A DNA stretch of 64,000 bases from NCBI RefSeq assembly GCF_056746865.1, contig NZ_CM163382.1; one strand, given 5' to 3'. Numbering within the stretch: the first letter of the stretch is position 1; every line of letters begins with the position of its first letter. The position numbers and the translations under genes were made by a program. Positions 23,555 to 33,969 of the stretch are shown here, one piece after another. Below the pieces are notes generated by a model, which saw only the letters and a program-made list of their open reading frames with translations, was not told the origin of the DNA and ran no database searches.

Positions 23555-25633
23555 ATGTCATATACACCGATGAGTGATCTCGGACAACAAGGTTTGTTCG
23601 ACATCACTCGGACACTATTGCAGCAGCCCGATCTGGCCTCGCTGTGTGAGGCTCTTTCGCTACTGGTAAAGCGTTCTGCGCTCGCCGACAACGCGGCTAT
23701 TGTGTTGTGGCAAGCGCAGACTCAACGTGCGTCTTATTACGCGTCGCGTGAAAAAGACACCCCCATTAAATATGAAGACGAAACTGTTCTGGCACACGGT
23801 CCGGTACGCAGCATTTTGTCGCGCCCTGATACGCTGCATTGCAGTTACGAAGAATTTTGTGAAACCTGGCCGCAGCTGGCCGCAGGTGGGCTATACCCAA
23901 AATTTGGTCACTATTGCCTGATGCCACTGGCGGCAGAAGGGCATATTTTTGGTGGCTGTGAATTTATTCGTTATGACGATCGCCCCTGGAGCGAAAAAGA
24001 GTTCAATCGTCTGCAAACATTTACGCAGATCGTTTCTGTCGTCACCGAACAAATCCAGAGTCGAGTCGTTAACAATGTTGACTATGAGTTGTTATGCCGG
24101 GAACGCGATAACTTCCGCATCCTGGTCGCCATCACCAACGCGGTGCTTTCCCGCCTGGATATGGACGAACTGGTCAGCGAAGTCGCCAAAGAAATCCATT
24201 ACTATTTCGACATTGACGATATCAGCATTGTCTTACGCAGCCACCGTAAAAACAAACTCAACATCTACTCCACTCACTATCTTGATAAACAACATCCCGC
24301 CCACGAACAGAGCGAAGTCGATGAAGCCGGAACCCTCACCGAACGCGTGTTCAAAAGCAAAGAGATGCTGCTGATTAATCTCCACGAGCGGGACGATTTA
24401 GCCCCCTATGAACGCATGTTGTTCGACACCTGGGGCAACCAGATTCAAACCTTGTGCCTGTTACCGCTGATGTCTGGCGATACCATGCTGGGCGTGCTGA
24501 AACTGGCGCAATGCGAAGAGAAAGTGTTTACCACTACCAATTTGAATTTACTGCGCCAGATTGCCGAACGTGTGGCAATCGCTGTCGATAACGCCCTCGC
24601 CTATCAGGAAATCCATCGTCTGAAAGAACGGCTGGTTGATGAAAACCTCGCCCTGACCGAGCAGCTCAACAATGTTGATAGTGAATTTGGCGAGATTATT
24701 GGCCGCAGCGAAGCCATGTACAGCGTACTTAAACAAGTTGAAATGGTGGCGCAAAGTGACAGTACTGTTCTGATCCTCGGTGAAACTGGTACAGGTAAAG
24801 AGCTGATTGCCCGCGCGATCCATAATCTCAGTGGGCGTAATAATCGCCGCATGGTCAAAATGAACTGCGCGGCGATGCCTGCCGGATTGCTGGAGAGCGA
24901 TCTGTTTGGTCATGAGCGTGGGGCTTTTACCGGTGCCAGCGCCCAGCGTATCGGTCGTTTTGAACTGGCGGATAAAAGCTCCCTGTTCCTCGACGAAGTG
25001 GGCGATATGCCACTGGAGTTACAGCCGAAGTTGCTGCGTGTATTACAGGAACAGGAGTTTGAACGTCTCGGCAGCAACAAAATCATTCAGACGGACGTGC
25101 GTCTAATCGCCGCAACTAACCGCGATCTGAAAAAAATGGTCGCCGACCGAGAGTTCCGTAGCGATCTCTATTACCGCCTGAACGTATTCCCGATCCACCT
25201 GCCGCCACTACGCGAGCGTCCGGAAGATATTCCGCTGCTGGCGAAAGCCTTTACCTTCAAAATTGCCCGTCGTCTGGGGCGTAATATCGACAGCATTCCT
25301 GCCGAGACGCTGCGCACCTTGAGCAACATGGAGTGGCCGGGTAACGTACGCGAACTGGAAAACGTCATTGAGCGCGCAGTATTGCTGACACGCGGCAACG
25401 TGCTGCAGCTGTCATTGCCAGATATTGTTTTACCGGAACCAGAAACGCCGCCTGCCGCAACAGTTGTCGCTCAGGAGGGCGAAGATGAATATCAGTTGAT
25501 TGTTCGCGTGCTGAAAGAAACTAACGGCGTGGTTGCCGGGCCTAAAGGCGCTGCGCAACGTCTGGGGCTGAAACGCACGACCCTGCTGTCACGGATGAAG
25601 CGGCTTGGAATTGATAAATCGGCATTGATTTAA
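23555..25633 (+). CDS. fhlA: formate hydrogenlyase transcriptional activator FhlA
   Basis: 692 aa from MSYTPMSDLG; sigma54-activator AAA+ motifs GETGTGKE and GAFTGA; C-terminal HTH. Confidence 0.9.
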   Translation: MSYTPMSDLGQQGLFDITRTLLQQPDLASLCEALSLLVKRSALADNAAIVLWQAQTQRASYYASREKDTPIKYEDETVLAHGPVRSILSRPDTLHCSYEEFCETWPQLAAGGLYPKFGHYCLMPLAAEGHIFGGCEFIRYDDRPWSEKEFNRLQTFTQIVSVVTEQIQSRVVNNVDYELLCRERDNFRILVAITNAVLSRLDMDELVSEVAKEIHYYFDIDDISIVLRSHRKNKLNIYSTHYLDKQHPAHEQSEVDEAGTLTERVFKSKEMLLINLHERDDLAPYERMLFDTWGNQIQTLCLLPLMSGDTMLGVLKLAQCEEKVFTTTNLNLLRQIAERVAIAVDNALAYQEIHRLKERLVDENLALTEQLNNVDSEFGEIIGRSEAMYSVLKQVEMVAQSDSTVLILGETGTGKELIARAIHNLSGRNNRRMVKMNCAAMPAGLLESDLFGHERGAFTGASAQRIGRFELADKSSLFLDEVGDMPLELQPKLLRVLQEQEFERLGSNKIIQTDVRLIAATNRDLKKMVADREFRSDLYYRLNVFPIHLPPLRERPEDIPLLAKAFTFKIARRLGRNIDSIPAETLRTLSNMEWPGNVRELENVIERAVLLTRGNVLQLSLPDIVLPEPETPPAATVVAQEGEDEYQLIVRVLKETNGVVAGPKGAAQRLGLKRTTLLSRMKRLGIDKSALI

Positions 25634-25677
25634 CAGATGTGGTTATACTCGATCAACATTCAATGAAAGGAGGCAGT

Positions 25678-26106
25678 ATGGCAGTTTCAGCAAGAAATCA
25701 ATTAACCGGAACGGTTAGCGCAGTAGCAATGGGCGCTGTGAATGATGAAGTAGAACTGACGCTGGCAGGTGGTGCAAAACTGGTGGCAATTGTGACTCAC
25801 AGCAGCCAGCAGGCTCTTGGTCTGGCAAAAGGGAAAGAAGCGATTGCCCTGATTAAAGCCCCGTGGGTCACGCTGGCAACGGAAGACTGTGGACTGAAAT
25901 TCTCTGCTCGCAACCAATTTGCTGGCAGCGTGTCGACAATCACCGAAGGCGCAGTGAACGCCACTGTCCATATCAAAACGGATGCGGGTTTTGAAATTGT
26001 GGCAGTGGTAACAAATGAAAGTCAGGATGAAATGAAACTCACCACTGGCTCGCGCGTTATTGCATTGATCAAAGCATCAGCCATCCTGATTGCCACCAAA
26101 GCGTAA
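25678..26106 (+). CDS. molybdate-binding protein with two tandem Mop/TOBE domains
   Basis: 142 aa from MAVSARNQLTGTV with RBS aaaggagg; two ~70-aa repeats (SARNQ...ALIKA). Confidence 0.7.
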   Translation: MAVSARNQLTGTVSAVAMGAVNDEVELTLAGGAKLVAIVTHSSQQALGLAKGKEAIALIKAPWVTLATEDCGLKFSARNQFAGSVSTITEGAVNATVHIKTDAGFEIVAVVTNESQDEMKLTTGSRVIALIKASAILIATKA

Positions 26107-26144
26107 ACGCCTTATTTGCCGGAGAGTATGGCTCTCCGGCAGAT

Positions 26145-26489
26145 TTATTTCTTTGGACGATATTTTTCTGGCAACTCCGGCACCGGACGCTTGTCATCGA
26201 TGAGATGACGCACGGTTAAGATCGGATGACGCCACAGCATTCTCGGCCCGGCCCAACGCATAATCTGTTTCATCTCTTCACGCTTTGCAGGCTGGTAACA
26301 GTGCACCGGACACTGCTTACAGGCTGGTTTCTCTTCGCCGAACACACATTTATCCAGCCGCTTTTGCGCGTAGGCAAACAGCGCGTCGTAATGCTCCGGC
26401 TCCGCTGACGCCTGCGGGCATTTCGCTTGATAAAGATCGATCATTTTTTTAATCGTCAGTTTTTCACGAGAGATACGCTTGCCGGACAT
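26145..26489 (-). CDS. ygbA: YgbA family protein (NsrR-regulon member)
   Basis: 114-aa Cys-rich ORF (CPQASAEPEH...CKQCPVHCY) at the position of E. coli ygbA. Confidence 0.8.
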   Translation of the reverse strand: MSGKRISREKLTIKKMIDLYQAKCPQASAEPEHYDALFAYAQKRLDKCVFGEEKPACKQCPVHCYQPAKREEMKQIMRWAGPRMLWRHPILTVRHLIDDKRPVPELPEKYRPKK

Positions 26490-26506
26490 GCTGCCTCCAT
26501 CTCATT

Positions 26507-26535
26507 AAGATGCATTTATATTACAACTTAATCTT
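26507..26535. promoter_or_regulatory. NsrR-box-like imperfect inverted repeat upstream of ygbA
   Basis: aagatgcatttatattacaacttaatctt about 20 bp upstream of the ygbA start. Confidence 0.4.
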
Positions 26536-26775
26536 AAAGGGCACTATGACTCTAAAGAAGAAGGGTTAGCCAACCGATACAATTTTGCGTACTTGCTTCA
26601 TAAGCATCACGCAAAAGCTGCAAAACAGCATCTTTCCCGGAATCACCATCAAGAACTCGCCGTTCGCTTCTTCCCCTGAAATGATTAACTCCGGTATCAT
26701 GTGCGCCTTATGTGATTACAACGAAAATAAAAACCATCACACCCCATTTAATATCAGGGAACCGGACATAACCCC

Positions 26776-29337
26776 ATGAGTGCAATAGAAAATTTCGATG
26801 CCCATACGCCCATGATGCAGCAGTATCTCAAGCTGAAAGCCCAGCATCCCGAGATCCTGCTGTTTTACCGGATGGGTGATTTTTATGAACTGTTTTATGA
26901 CGACGCAAAACGCGCGTCGCAACTGCTGGATATTTCACTGACCAAACGCGGTGCTTCGGCGGGAGAGCCGATCCCGATGGCGGGGATCCCCTACCATGCG
27001 GTGGAAAACTACCTCGCCAAACTGGTGAATCAGGGCGAGTCCGTTGCCATCTGCGAACAAATTGGCGATCCGGCGACCAGCAAAGGTCCGGTTGAGCGCA
27101 AAGTTGTGCGTATCGTTACGCCGGGCACCATCAGCGATGAAGCCCTGTTACAAGAGCGCCAGGACAATCTGCTGGCGGCTATCTGGCAGGACAGCAAAGG
27201 TTTCGGCTACGCGACGCTGGATATCAGTTCCGGTCGTTTTCGCCTGAGCGAACCGGCTGACCGGGAAACGATGGCGGCAGAACTGCAACGCACTAATCCG
27301 GCGGAACTGCTATATGCAGAAGATTTTGCTGAAATGTCGTTAATTGAAGGTCGTCGCGGTCTGCGCCGTCGTCCGCTGTGGGAGTTTGAAATCGACACCG
27401 CGCGCCAGCAGTTGAATCTGCAATTTGGCACCCGCGATCTGGTCGGTTTTGGCGTCGAGAACGCGCCGCGCGGACTTTGTGCTGCCGGTTGTCTGTTGCA
27501 GTATGCGAAAGATACTCAACGCACGACCCTGCCGCATATTCGTTCTATCACCATGGAACGTGAGCAGGACAGCATCATTATGGATGCCGCGACACGTCGT
27601 AACCTGGAAATTACTCAGAACCTGGCGGGCGGTGCGGAAAACACGCTGGCTTCAGTGCTCGACTGCACTGTAACGCCAATGGGTAGTCGTATGCTGAAAC
27701 GCTGGCTGCATATGCCAGTGCGCGATACCCGCGTGTTGCTTGAGCGCCAGCAAACTATTGGCGCATTGCAGGATTTCACCGCCGAGCTACAGCCGGTGCT
27801 GCGTCAGGTCGGCGACCTGGAACGTATTCTGGCACGTCTGGCTTTACGAACTGCTCGCCCACGCGATCTGGCCCGTATGCGTCACGCTTTCCAGCAACTG
27901 CCGGAGCTGCGTGCGCAGTTAGAAAATGTCGATAGCGCTCCGGTACAGGCGCTGCGTGAGAAGATGGGTGAGTTTGCCGAACTGCGCGATCTGCTGGAGC
28001 GGGCCATTATCGACACACCGCCGGTACTGGTGCGCGACGGTGGTGTTATCGCATCGGGCTATAACGAAGAGCTGGATGAGTGGCGCGCGCTGGCTGACGG
28101 CGCGACCGATTATCTGGAGCGTCTGGAAGTCCGCGAGCGTGAACGTACCGGCCTGGACACGCTGAAAGTCGGATTTAACGCGGTGCATGGTTATTACATT
28201 CAGATCAGCCGTGGACAAAGCCATCTGGCACCGATTAACTACATGCGCCGCCAGACGCTGAAAAACGCCGAACGCTACATTATTCCAGAGCTAAAAGAGT
28301 ACGAAGATAAAGTTCTCACCTCAAAAGGCAAAGCACTGGCACTGGAAAAACAGCTTTATGAAGAGCTGTTCGACCTGCTGTTGCCGCATCTGGAAGCGTT
28401 GCAACAGAGCGCAAGCGCACTGGCAGAACTTGATGTGCTGGTTAACCTGGCGGAGCGGGCCTATACCCTGAACTACACCTGCCCGACCTTCATTGATAAA
28501 CCGGGTATTCGCATCACCGAAGGCCGCCATCCGGTGGTTGAACAGGTACTGAACGAGCCATTTATCGCCAACCCGCTGAACCTGTCGCCGCAGCGTCGCA
28601 TGTTGATCATTACCGGTCCGAATATGGGCGGTAAAAGTACCTATATGCGCCAGACCGCACTGATTGCGCTGATGGCCTACATCGGCAGCTATGTACCGGC
28701 ACAAAAAGTCGAGATTGGACCTATCGATCGCATCTTTACCCGCGTAGGGGCAGCGGATGATCTGGCATCCGGGCGTTCAACCTTTATGGTGGAAATGACC
28801 GAAACCGCCAATATTTTACATAACGCCACCGAGTACAGTCTGGTGCTGATGGATGAGATTGGGCGTGGAACGTCCACTTACGATGGTCTGTCGCTGGCGT
28901 GGGCGTGCGCTGAAAATCTGGCGAATAAGATTAAGGCATTGACGTTGTTTGCTACCCATTATTTCGAGCTGACCCAGTTACCGGAGAAAATGGAAGGCGT
29001 GGCTAACGTGCATCTCGATGCACTGGAGCACGGCGACACCATTGCCTTTATGCACAGCGTGCAGGATGGCGCGGCGAGCAAAAGCTACGGCCTGGCGGTT
29101 GCAGCTCTGGCGGGCGTGCCAAAAGAGGTTATTAAGCGCGCACGGCAAAAACTGCGTGAGCTGGAAAGCATTTCGCCGAACGCCGCCGCTACGCAAGTAG
29201 ATGGTACGCAAATGTCTTTGCTGTCAGTGCCAGAAGAAACGTCGCCTGCGGTCGAAGCACTGGAAAATCTCGACCCGGATTCACTGACTCCGCGTCAGGC
29301 GCTGGAGTGGATTTATCGCTTGAAGAGTCTGGTGTAA
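26776..29337 (+). CDS. mutS: DNA mismatch repair protein MutS
   Basis: 853-aa ORF; Walker [10 protein letters not shown]. Confidence 0.95.
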   Translation: MSAIENFDAHTPMMQQYLKLKAQHPEILLFYRMGDFYELFYDDAKRASQLLDISLTKRGASAGEPIPMAGIPYHAVENYLAKLVNQGESVAICEQIGDPATSKGPVERKVVRIVTPGTISDEALLQERQDNLLAAIWQDSKGFGYATLDISSGRFRLSEPADRETMAAELQRTNPAELLYAEDFAEMSLIEGRRGLRRRPLWEFEIDTARQQLNLQFGTRDLVGFGVENAPRGLCAAGCLLQYAKDTQRTTLPHIRSITMEREQDSIIMDAATRRNLEITQNLAGGAENTLASVLDCTVTPMGSRMLKRWLHMPVRDTRVLLERQQTIGALQDFTAELQPVLRQVGDLERILARLALRTARPRDLARMRHAFQQLPELRAQLENVDSAPVQALREKMGEFAELRDLLERAIIDTPPVLVRDGGVIASGYNEELDEWRALADGATDYLERLEVRERERTGLDTLKVGFNAVHGYYIQISRGQSHLAPINYMRRQTLKNAERYIIPELKEYEDKVLTSKGKALALEKQLYEELFDLLLPHLEALQQSASALAELDVLVNLAERAYTLNYTCPTFIDKPGIRITEGRHPVVEQVLNEPFIANPLNLSPQRRMLIITGPNMGGKSTYMRQTALIALMAYIGSYVPAQKVEIGPIDRIFTRVGAADDLASGRSTFMVEMTETANILHNATEYSLVLMDEIGRGTSTYDGLSLAWACAENLANKIKALTLFATHYFELTQLPEKMEGVANVHLDALEHGDTIAFMHSVQDGAASKSYGLAVAALAGVPKEVIKRARQKLRELESISPNAAATQVDGTQMSLLSVPEETSPAVEALENLDPDSLTPRQALEWIYRLKSLV

Positions 29338-29343
29338 TATTAA

Positions 29344-29370
29344 TGAGCCCCGATTAAACTTCGGGGCTCA
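29344..29370 (+). terminator. stem-loop after mutS
   Basis: tgagccccg-attaaactt-cggggctca perfect 9-bp stem; no clean T-tract. Confidence 0.45.
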
Positions 29371-29441
29371 TATATCTCTTATCCGATAGATAAAAAAGGA
29401 GTAAAATAAACACTATTAAGAACAAAACATTCAAGAAAAAA

Positions 29442-30305
29442 ATGAGAATAACGATTGCATCAATAATTTTAATAATTAGCGCCACTGCAATAGGCGCCGA
29501 AGATACCCCTTCACATTTTGATATTCCCGAGCAAGTATTAAATAATATTACGAAGGAATCACGAAATAAACTGCAGGATATCATTGCCAAGGCTCAACAT
29601 GGCGATAAAGCCTCACAAACGGTGATGGGACTCATATACCTGAATGGTCTATCTGAAAGTCCTTCAGTGAAGGATATAAACAAAGCATTTTATTGGCTCA
29701 ACCTTGCAGCAAAGCAAAATTATGATGAAGCTGAATTTTACTTAGGACAGATTTATCATTACGGATATGATAATACGGGGCCTAACTATCGTATTGCGAT
29801 ATACTGGTATGAGAAAGCGGCAGAAAAAGGGAATGAACAAGCTCAAATAAACTGTGCGAATATTTATCAATTTGGCCCACAGGAATTCCAAAACATTAAC
29901 AAAGCCAAGTATTGGCTTCAGAAAGCAGTACAGAAGGACAATCCTATTGCACATGCAAACTTAGGGATTATCGGAATTCAAGAGAATAAGTATGCTGAAG
30001 CTATCCCTCACTTAAAAATAGCGGCAGAAAAGGGTCAGCGACTCGGCCAATATAATTACGGGACACTTTTTTTTAATGGTCAGGGCGTTCCCAAAGATAT
30101 ACGACAGGCTAAATACTGGTTTGAGAAAGCTGCTACTCAAAACTTACCTATTGCACAAATTACTTTAGGACAAATTTATGCCTGGGGGCTTGATGGAAAT
30201 GGCATAAATAAAGAAGAAGCGTTGCTCTGGTTAAATAAAGCCAAAGCCCAAGGTCAATTTACTGATAAACAGATCAACGCCATTATTTCAAAAAAAATAG
30301 ACTAA
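29442..30305 (+). CDS. secreted Sel1-repeat (TPR-like) protein
   Basis: 287 aa; signal-peptide-like N-terminus MRITIASIILIISATAIGA; at least four repeats of KA.YW..KAA..G...AQ..LG.IY; AT-rich. Confidence 0.75.
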   Translation: MRITIASIILIISATAIGAEDTPSHFDIPEQVLNNITKESRNKLQDIIAKAQHGDKASQTVMGLIYLNGLSESPSVKDINKAFYWLNLAAKQNYDEAEFYLGQIYHYGYDNTGPNYRIAIYWYEKAAEKGNEQAQINCANIYQFGPQEFQNINKAKYWLQKAVQKDNPIAHANLGIIGIQENKYAEAIPHLKIAAEKGQRLGQYNYGTLFFNGQGVPKDIRQAKYWFEKAATQNLPIAQITLGQIYAWGLDGNGINKEEALLWLNKAKAQGQFTDKQINAIISKKID

Positions 30306-30329
30306 CTCCAAACCAAAATGCTCAAATCA

Positions 30330-30986
30330 ATGCCATCTATTCGCTATCACAAAATAGAATCATTTAATTATCGCCATATATGGGCCGTTGGTGATATTCA
30401 TGGCGATTATCAATTATTACAATCCCGCTTACACCAACTCTCTTTTTGCCCCGAAACTGACTTACTTATTTCCGTAGGCGATAATATTGATCGTGGGCCG
30501 GATAGTCTTAACGTGCTACGCCTGTTAAACCAGCCCTGGTTTACATCGGTTAAAGGCAACCACGAGGCAATGGCGCTTGATGCCTTCGCGACTGGCGATG
30601 GCAATATGTGGCTTGCCAGTGGCGGTGACTGGTTCTTTGAGTTAAATGATTCAGAACAAAAAGAAGCAATAGACCTGTTGCTTCGCTTTCATCATCTTCC
30701 GCATATTATAGAAATCACCAACGATATTATAAAATATGTTATCGCACATGCAGATTATCCGGGTGATGAATATCAGTTTGGCAAGGAAGTAGCGGAAAGA
30801 GAGGTACTCTGGCCTGTTGATCGCGTGCAGAAATCACTCAAAGGCGAGTTAAAAGAAATAAACGGTGCCGACTGTTTTATCTTCGGGCATATGATGTTTA
30901 CAAATATCCAGACATTTGCCAATCAGGTTTATATTGATACCGGCTCGCCGGAAAGCGGGCGGTTATCGTTTTATAAAATAAAATGA
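30330..30986 (+). CDS. pphB: serine/threonine protein phosphatase 2
   Basis: 218 aa from MPSIRYHKI; metallophosphatase motifs GDIHG, GDNIDRG, GNHE. Confidence 0.85.
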   Translation: MPSIRYHKIESFNYRHIWAVGDIHGDYQLLQSRLHQLSFCPETDLLISVGDNIDRGPDSLNVLRLLNQPWFTSVKGNHEAMALDAFATGDGNMWLASGGDWFFELNDSEQKEAIDLLLRFHHLPHIIEITNDIIKYVIAHADYPGDEYQFGKEVAEREVLWPVDRVQKSLKGELKEINGADCFIFGHMMFTNIQTFANQVYIDTGSPESGRLSFYKIK

Positions 30987-31027
30987 CAAGACCGGGTAAG
31001 GCAAAGCCTCTACCCGGCACTTTTTTA

Positions 31028-31264
31028 TTAACGCTTATCTGCCACCAGCAGTGGCGGAATGCTCGGCACCATTGGCGCGTCATCAATATCTTTCTGCGTC
31101 ATGCGGAACGCTTCGGGATAATGTTCGCGGCTGGTGCGGCGCAGCGGTTCGGTATCGCGCCAGGTATAGAGGCAATGCTGGCACTGGTAGACCGTCCAGA
31201 CATCTTTTACCGGCGATTTCGCCATCACTTCAATCTGTTCATCGGCACAACGTGGACAAATCAT
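31028..31264 (-). CDS. small zinc-ribbon subunit of UbiD/UbiX-type decarboxylase system
   Basis: 78 aa with CPRC...CQHC; immediately downstream of the UbiD-like gene in the same operon. Confidence 0.55.
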   Translation of the reverse strand: MICPRCADEQIEVMAKSPVKDVWTVYQCQHCLYTWRDTEPLRRTSREHYPEAFRMTQKDIDDAPMVPSIPPLLVADKR

Positions 31265-31274
31265 CTTGTTCTCC

Positions 31275-32702
31275 TTATTTACGTGCGGCCAGCATAGCGG
31301 TCAGTTTTTCAGCCCAGGCTTTGGTTTCCGGTAAATCCACCACCGGCTGGCTGTAGTGACCACGGTTGTCCGGGGCGACAGGCGTGGTGGCGTCGATAAT
31401 CAGCTTGTCGGTGATACCGGCCGGGCTTGAGCCGGGGTCGAGTTCCAGCACGGACATATTCGGCAACTGCACCAAATCCCCTGCCGGGTTCACTTTCGAG
31501 GAGAGCGCCCACATCACCTGCGGCAGGTTGAACGGATCAACGTCTTCATCGACCATAATCACCATCTTCACGTAGCCCAGACCGTGTGGCGTGGTCATCG
31601 CACGCAGGCCCACCGCGCGGGCAAAGCCACCGTAGCGTTTTTTGGTGGAGATAATCGCCAGCAGGCCGTGGGTGTACATGGCGTTCACCGCCTGCACTTC
31701 CGGGAACTCGGCTTTCAGTTGCTGATACAGCGGCACGCAGGTGGCTGGCCCCATCAGGTAGTCGATTTCCGTCCACGGCATCCCGAGATAGAGCGATTCA
31801 AAAATGGGTTTGCTGCGATAAGAGACTTTATCAATGCGCACGACGGTCATATTGCGCCCGCCTGAGTAGTGGCCGGTAAACTCACCGAATGGCCCTTCAA
31901 TCTCGCGTTTGCGGCTTTCGATGACTCCTTCGAGGATCACTTCCGAGCCCCAGGGTACATCAAAACCGGTCAGTGGGGCGGTGGCAATCGGGTACGGACT
32001 TTCGCGCAGCGCGCCCGCCATTTCGTACTCGGACTGATCATATTTCAGCGGCGTGGCCCCCATCAGCGTGATGATCGGATCGTTACCGAGCGTGATCGCA
32101 ATCGGCAGATCTTCACCGCGCTCTTCCGCTTTATGCAGATGCAGGGCAATATCGTGCATCGGCACCGGTTGCAGGCCGAGCTTACGTTTGCCTTTCACTT
32201 CCATACGATAGATACCGACGTTCTGCTTGCCGAAGTTATCCGGGTCGAGCGGATCGCGGGAAACTACGCACGCTTTGTCGAGATAGAAACCGCCATCACC
32301 GTCGTTTAAACGAAACAGTGGCAGAATATCGAACAGGTTAATCTCGTCGCCATCGACGGTGTTCTGCGCCCAGGCTGGATTGGCGCGGCGCTCCGGGGCA
32401 ATGGGGAAGTTATCCCAGCGGCGGATAAACTCATCAATCTGTTTTTTAACCGGGGTGTTTGGCGGCAGGCCGAGGGAAATCGCGTGGTTCTGCCAGGAAC
32501 CGATGGTGTTCATTGCCACGCGGGCATCGATAAAGCCGCGAATATTATCAAACCAAAGCGCGGGCGCGCCGTCGCCGATACGCCCGGTGGCGTTGGCTGC
32601 GGCTGCCAGATCCGGTTCCGCGTTCACCTCTTCGCTGATTTTCAGTAACTGGCCGTGGTCATCAAGCGCCTGTAAAAAGCTGCGTAAATCATCAAATGCC
32701 AT
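31275..32702 (-). CDS. UbiD-family (prFMN-dependent) aromatic acid decarboxylase
   Basis: 475-aa ORF with UbiD-family length and architecture; operon with UbiX-like gene. Confidence 0.8.
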   Translation of the reverse strand: MAFDDLRSFLQALDDHGQLLKISEEVNAEPDLAAAANATGRIGDGAPALWFDNIRGFIDARVAMNTIGSWQNHAISLGLPPNTPVKKQIDEFIRRWDNFPIAPERRANPAWAQNTVDGDEINLFDILPLFRLNDGDGGFYLDKACVVSRDPLDPDNFGKQNVGIYRMEVKGKRKLGLQPVPMHDIALHLHKAEERGEDLPIAITLGNDPIITLMGATPLKYDQSEYEMAGALRESPYPIATAPLTGFDVPWGSEVILEGVIESRKREIEGPFGEFTGHYSGGRNMTVVRIDKVSYRSKPIFESLYLGMPWTEIDYLMGPATCVPLYQQLKAEFPEVQAVNAMYTHGLLAIISTKKRYGGFARAVGLRAMTTPHGLGYVKMVIMVDEDVDPFNLPQVMWALSSKVNPAGDLVQLPNMSVLELDPGSSPAGITDKLIIDATTPVAPDNRGHYSQPVVDLPETKAWAEKLTAMLAARK

Positions 32703-33295
32703 TATTCATTCTCCTGAGAAAAATTCCGGGCCTGCGGCAATCCTTGCCAGCGCCTGGCGTGAGGATGTTCGAGGCCAAATTGATCCAGCACGCGGGCTAC
32801 CACATGGTGGACAATGTCATCTACCGTTTCGGGATGGTTATAAAAGGCAGGCATCGGCGGCACCATCGCCACACCCATGCGCGAAAGTGCGAGCATATTT
32901 TCGAGATGGATTGTGCTAAGCGGCATTTCACGCGGCACCAGCACCAGTTTGCGGCCTTCTTTGAGCACGACGTCCGCCGCGCGCCCTACGAGACCATCGG
33001 CGTAACCAGCGCGGATACCGGCGAGCGTTTTCATACTGCATGGAATAACGATCATGCCGTCGGTACGAAAGGAGCCGGAAGAGATAGTCGCAGCCTGATC
33101 CGCCGGGTTATGGCTGAAGTCTGCGAGGGCGGCAACATCGCGAGCGCTGTAAGGCGTTTCCAGTTCAATGGTGGTTTTCGCCCACTTCGACATCACCAGA
33201 TGAGTCTCGACATTCGGCATCTCCCGCAGCGCTTGCAGTAATGCCACCCCAAGAGGCGCACCGGTAGCCCCTGTCATCCCGACGATCAGTCTCAT
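32702..33295 (-). CDS. UbiX/Pad1-family flavin prenyltransferase
   Basis: 197 aa; N-terminal MRLIVGMTGATGA flavoprotein fold; overlaps UbiD-like start. Confidence 0.8.
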   Translation of the reverse strand: MRLIVGMTGATGAPLGVALLQALREMPNVETHLVMSKWAKTTIELETPYSARDVAALADFSHNPADQAATISSGSFRTDGMIVIPCSMKTLAGIRAGYADGLVGRAADVVLKEGRKLVLVPREMPLSTIHLENMLALSRMGVAMVPPMPAFYNHPETVDDIVHHVVARVLDQFGLEHPHARRWQGLPQARNFSQENE

Positions 33296-33408
33296 TGTTT
33301 ATTCTCTTAATTGTTCGTATACGAACGTTATTATTAAAATACGCCTCTGTTTTCATCGCGGCAAGCACTGAAAAGTAACAACATCTTCTTCGTCACTGAA
33401 AAACCGCT

Positions 33409-33849
33409 ATGATAGCGGCAGATAGTTTGCCCGGAGTTTACATGGCGTTACGAAATAAAGCGTTCCATCAGTTACGACAGCTTTTTCAGCAGCACACGGC
33501 TCGCTGGCAGCACGAGTTACCTGACCTCACCAAACCACAGTACGCGGTGATGCGCGCCATTGCTGATAAGCCTGGTATTGAACAGGTGGCACTGATAGAA
33601 GCAGCAGTCAGCACCAAAGCAACGCTGGCAGAAATGTTGGCAAGAATGGAAAATCGTGGCTTAGTCAGACGTGAACATGACGCCGCTGACAAGCGGCGAC
33701 GCTTTGTCTGGCTGACTGCCGAAGGAGAAAAGGTACTTGCTGCGGCGATACCGATTGGTGACAGTGTGGATGCGGAATTTTTGGGGCGTTTGAGTGGAGA
33801 AGAGCAGGAGCTGTTTATGCAGCTGGTGCGCAAGATGATGAGCAAATAG
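33409..33849 (+). CDS. MarR/SlyA-family transcriptional regulator
   Basis: 146 aa with winged-HTH pattern; divergent from decarboxylase operon. Confidence 0.75.
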   Translation: MIAADSLPGVYMALRNKAFHQLRQLFQQHTARWQHELPDLTKPQYAVMRAIADKPGIEQVALIEAAVSTKATLAEMLARMENRGLVRREHDAADKRRRFVWLTAEGEKVLAAAIPIGDSVDAEFLGRLSGEEQELFMQLVRKMMSK

Positions 33850-33925
33850 GATGCTGATTGCCGGGTAGGACGCTGACGAGTCTTATCCAGGCGACAAAAC
33901 ACACCGACTTCCCAAACAAAAGAAA

Positions 33926-33953
33926 AAGGCCAGCCTCGCTTGAGACTGGCCTT
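33926..33953 (-). terminator. rho-independent terminator of rpoS
   Basis: aaggccag...ctggcctt stem; on the minus strand followed by ttttcttttgtttggg (plus 33910-33925). Confidence 0.55.
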
Positions 33954-33969
33954 TCTGACAGATGCTTAC

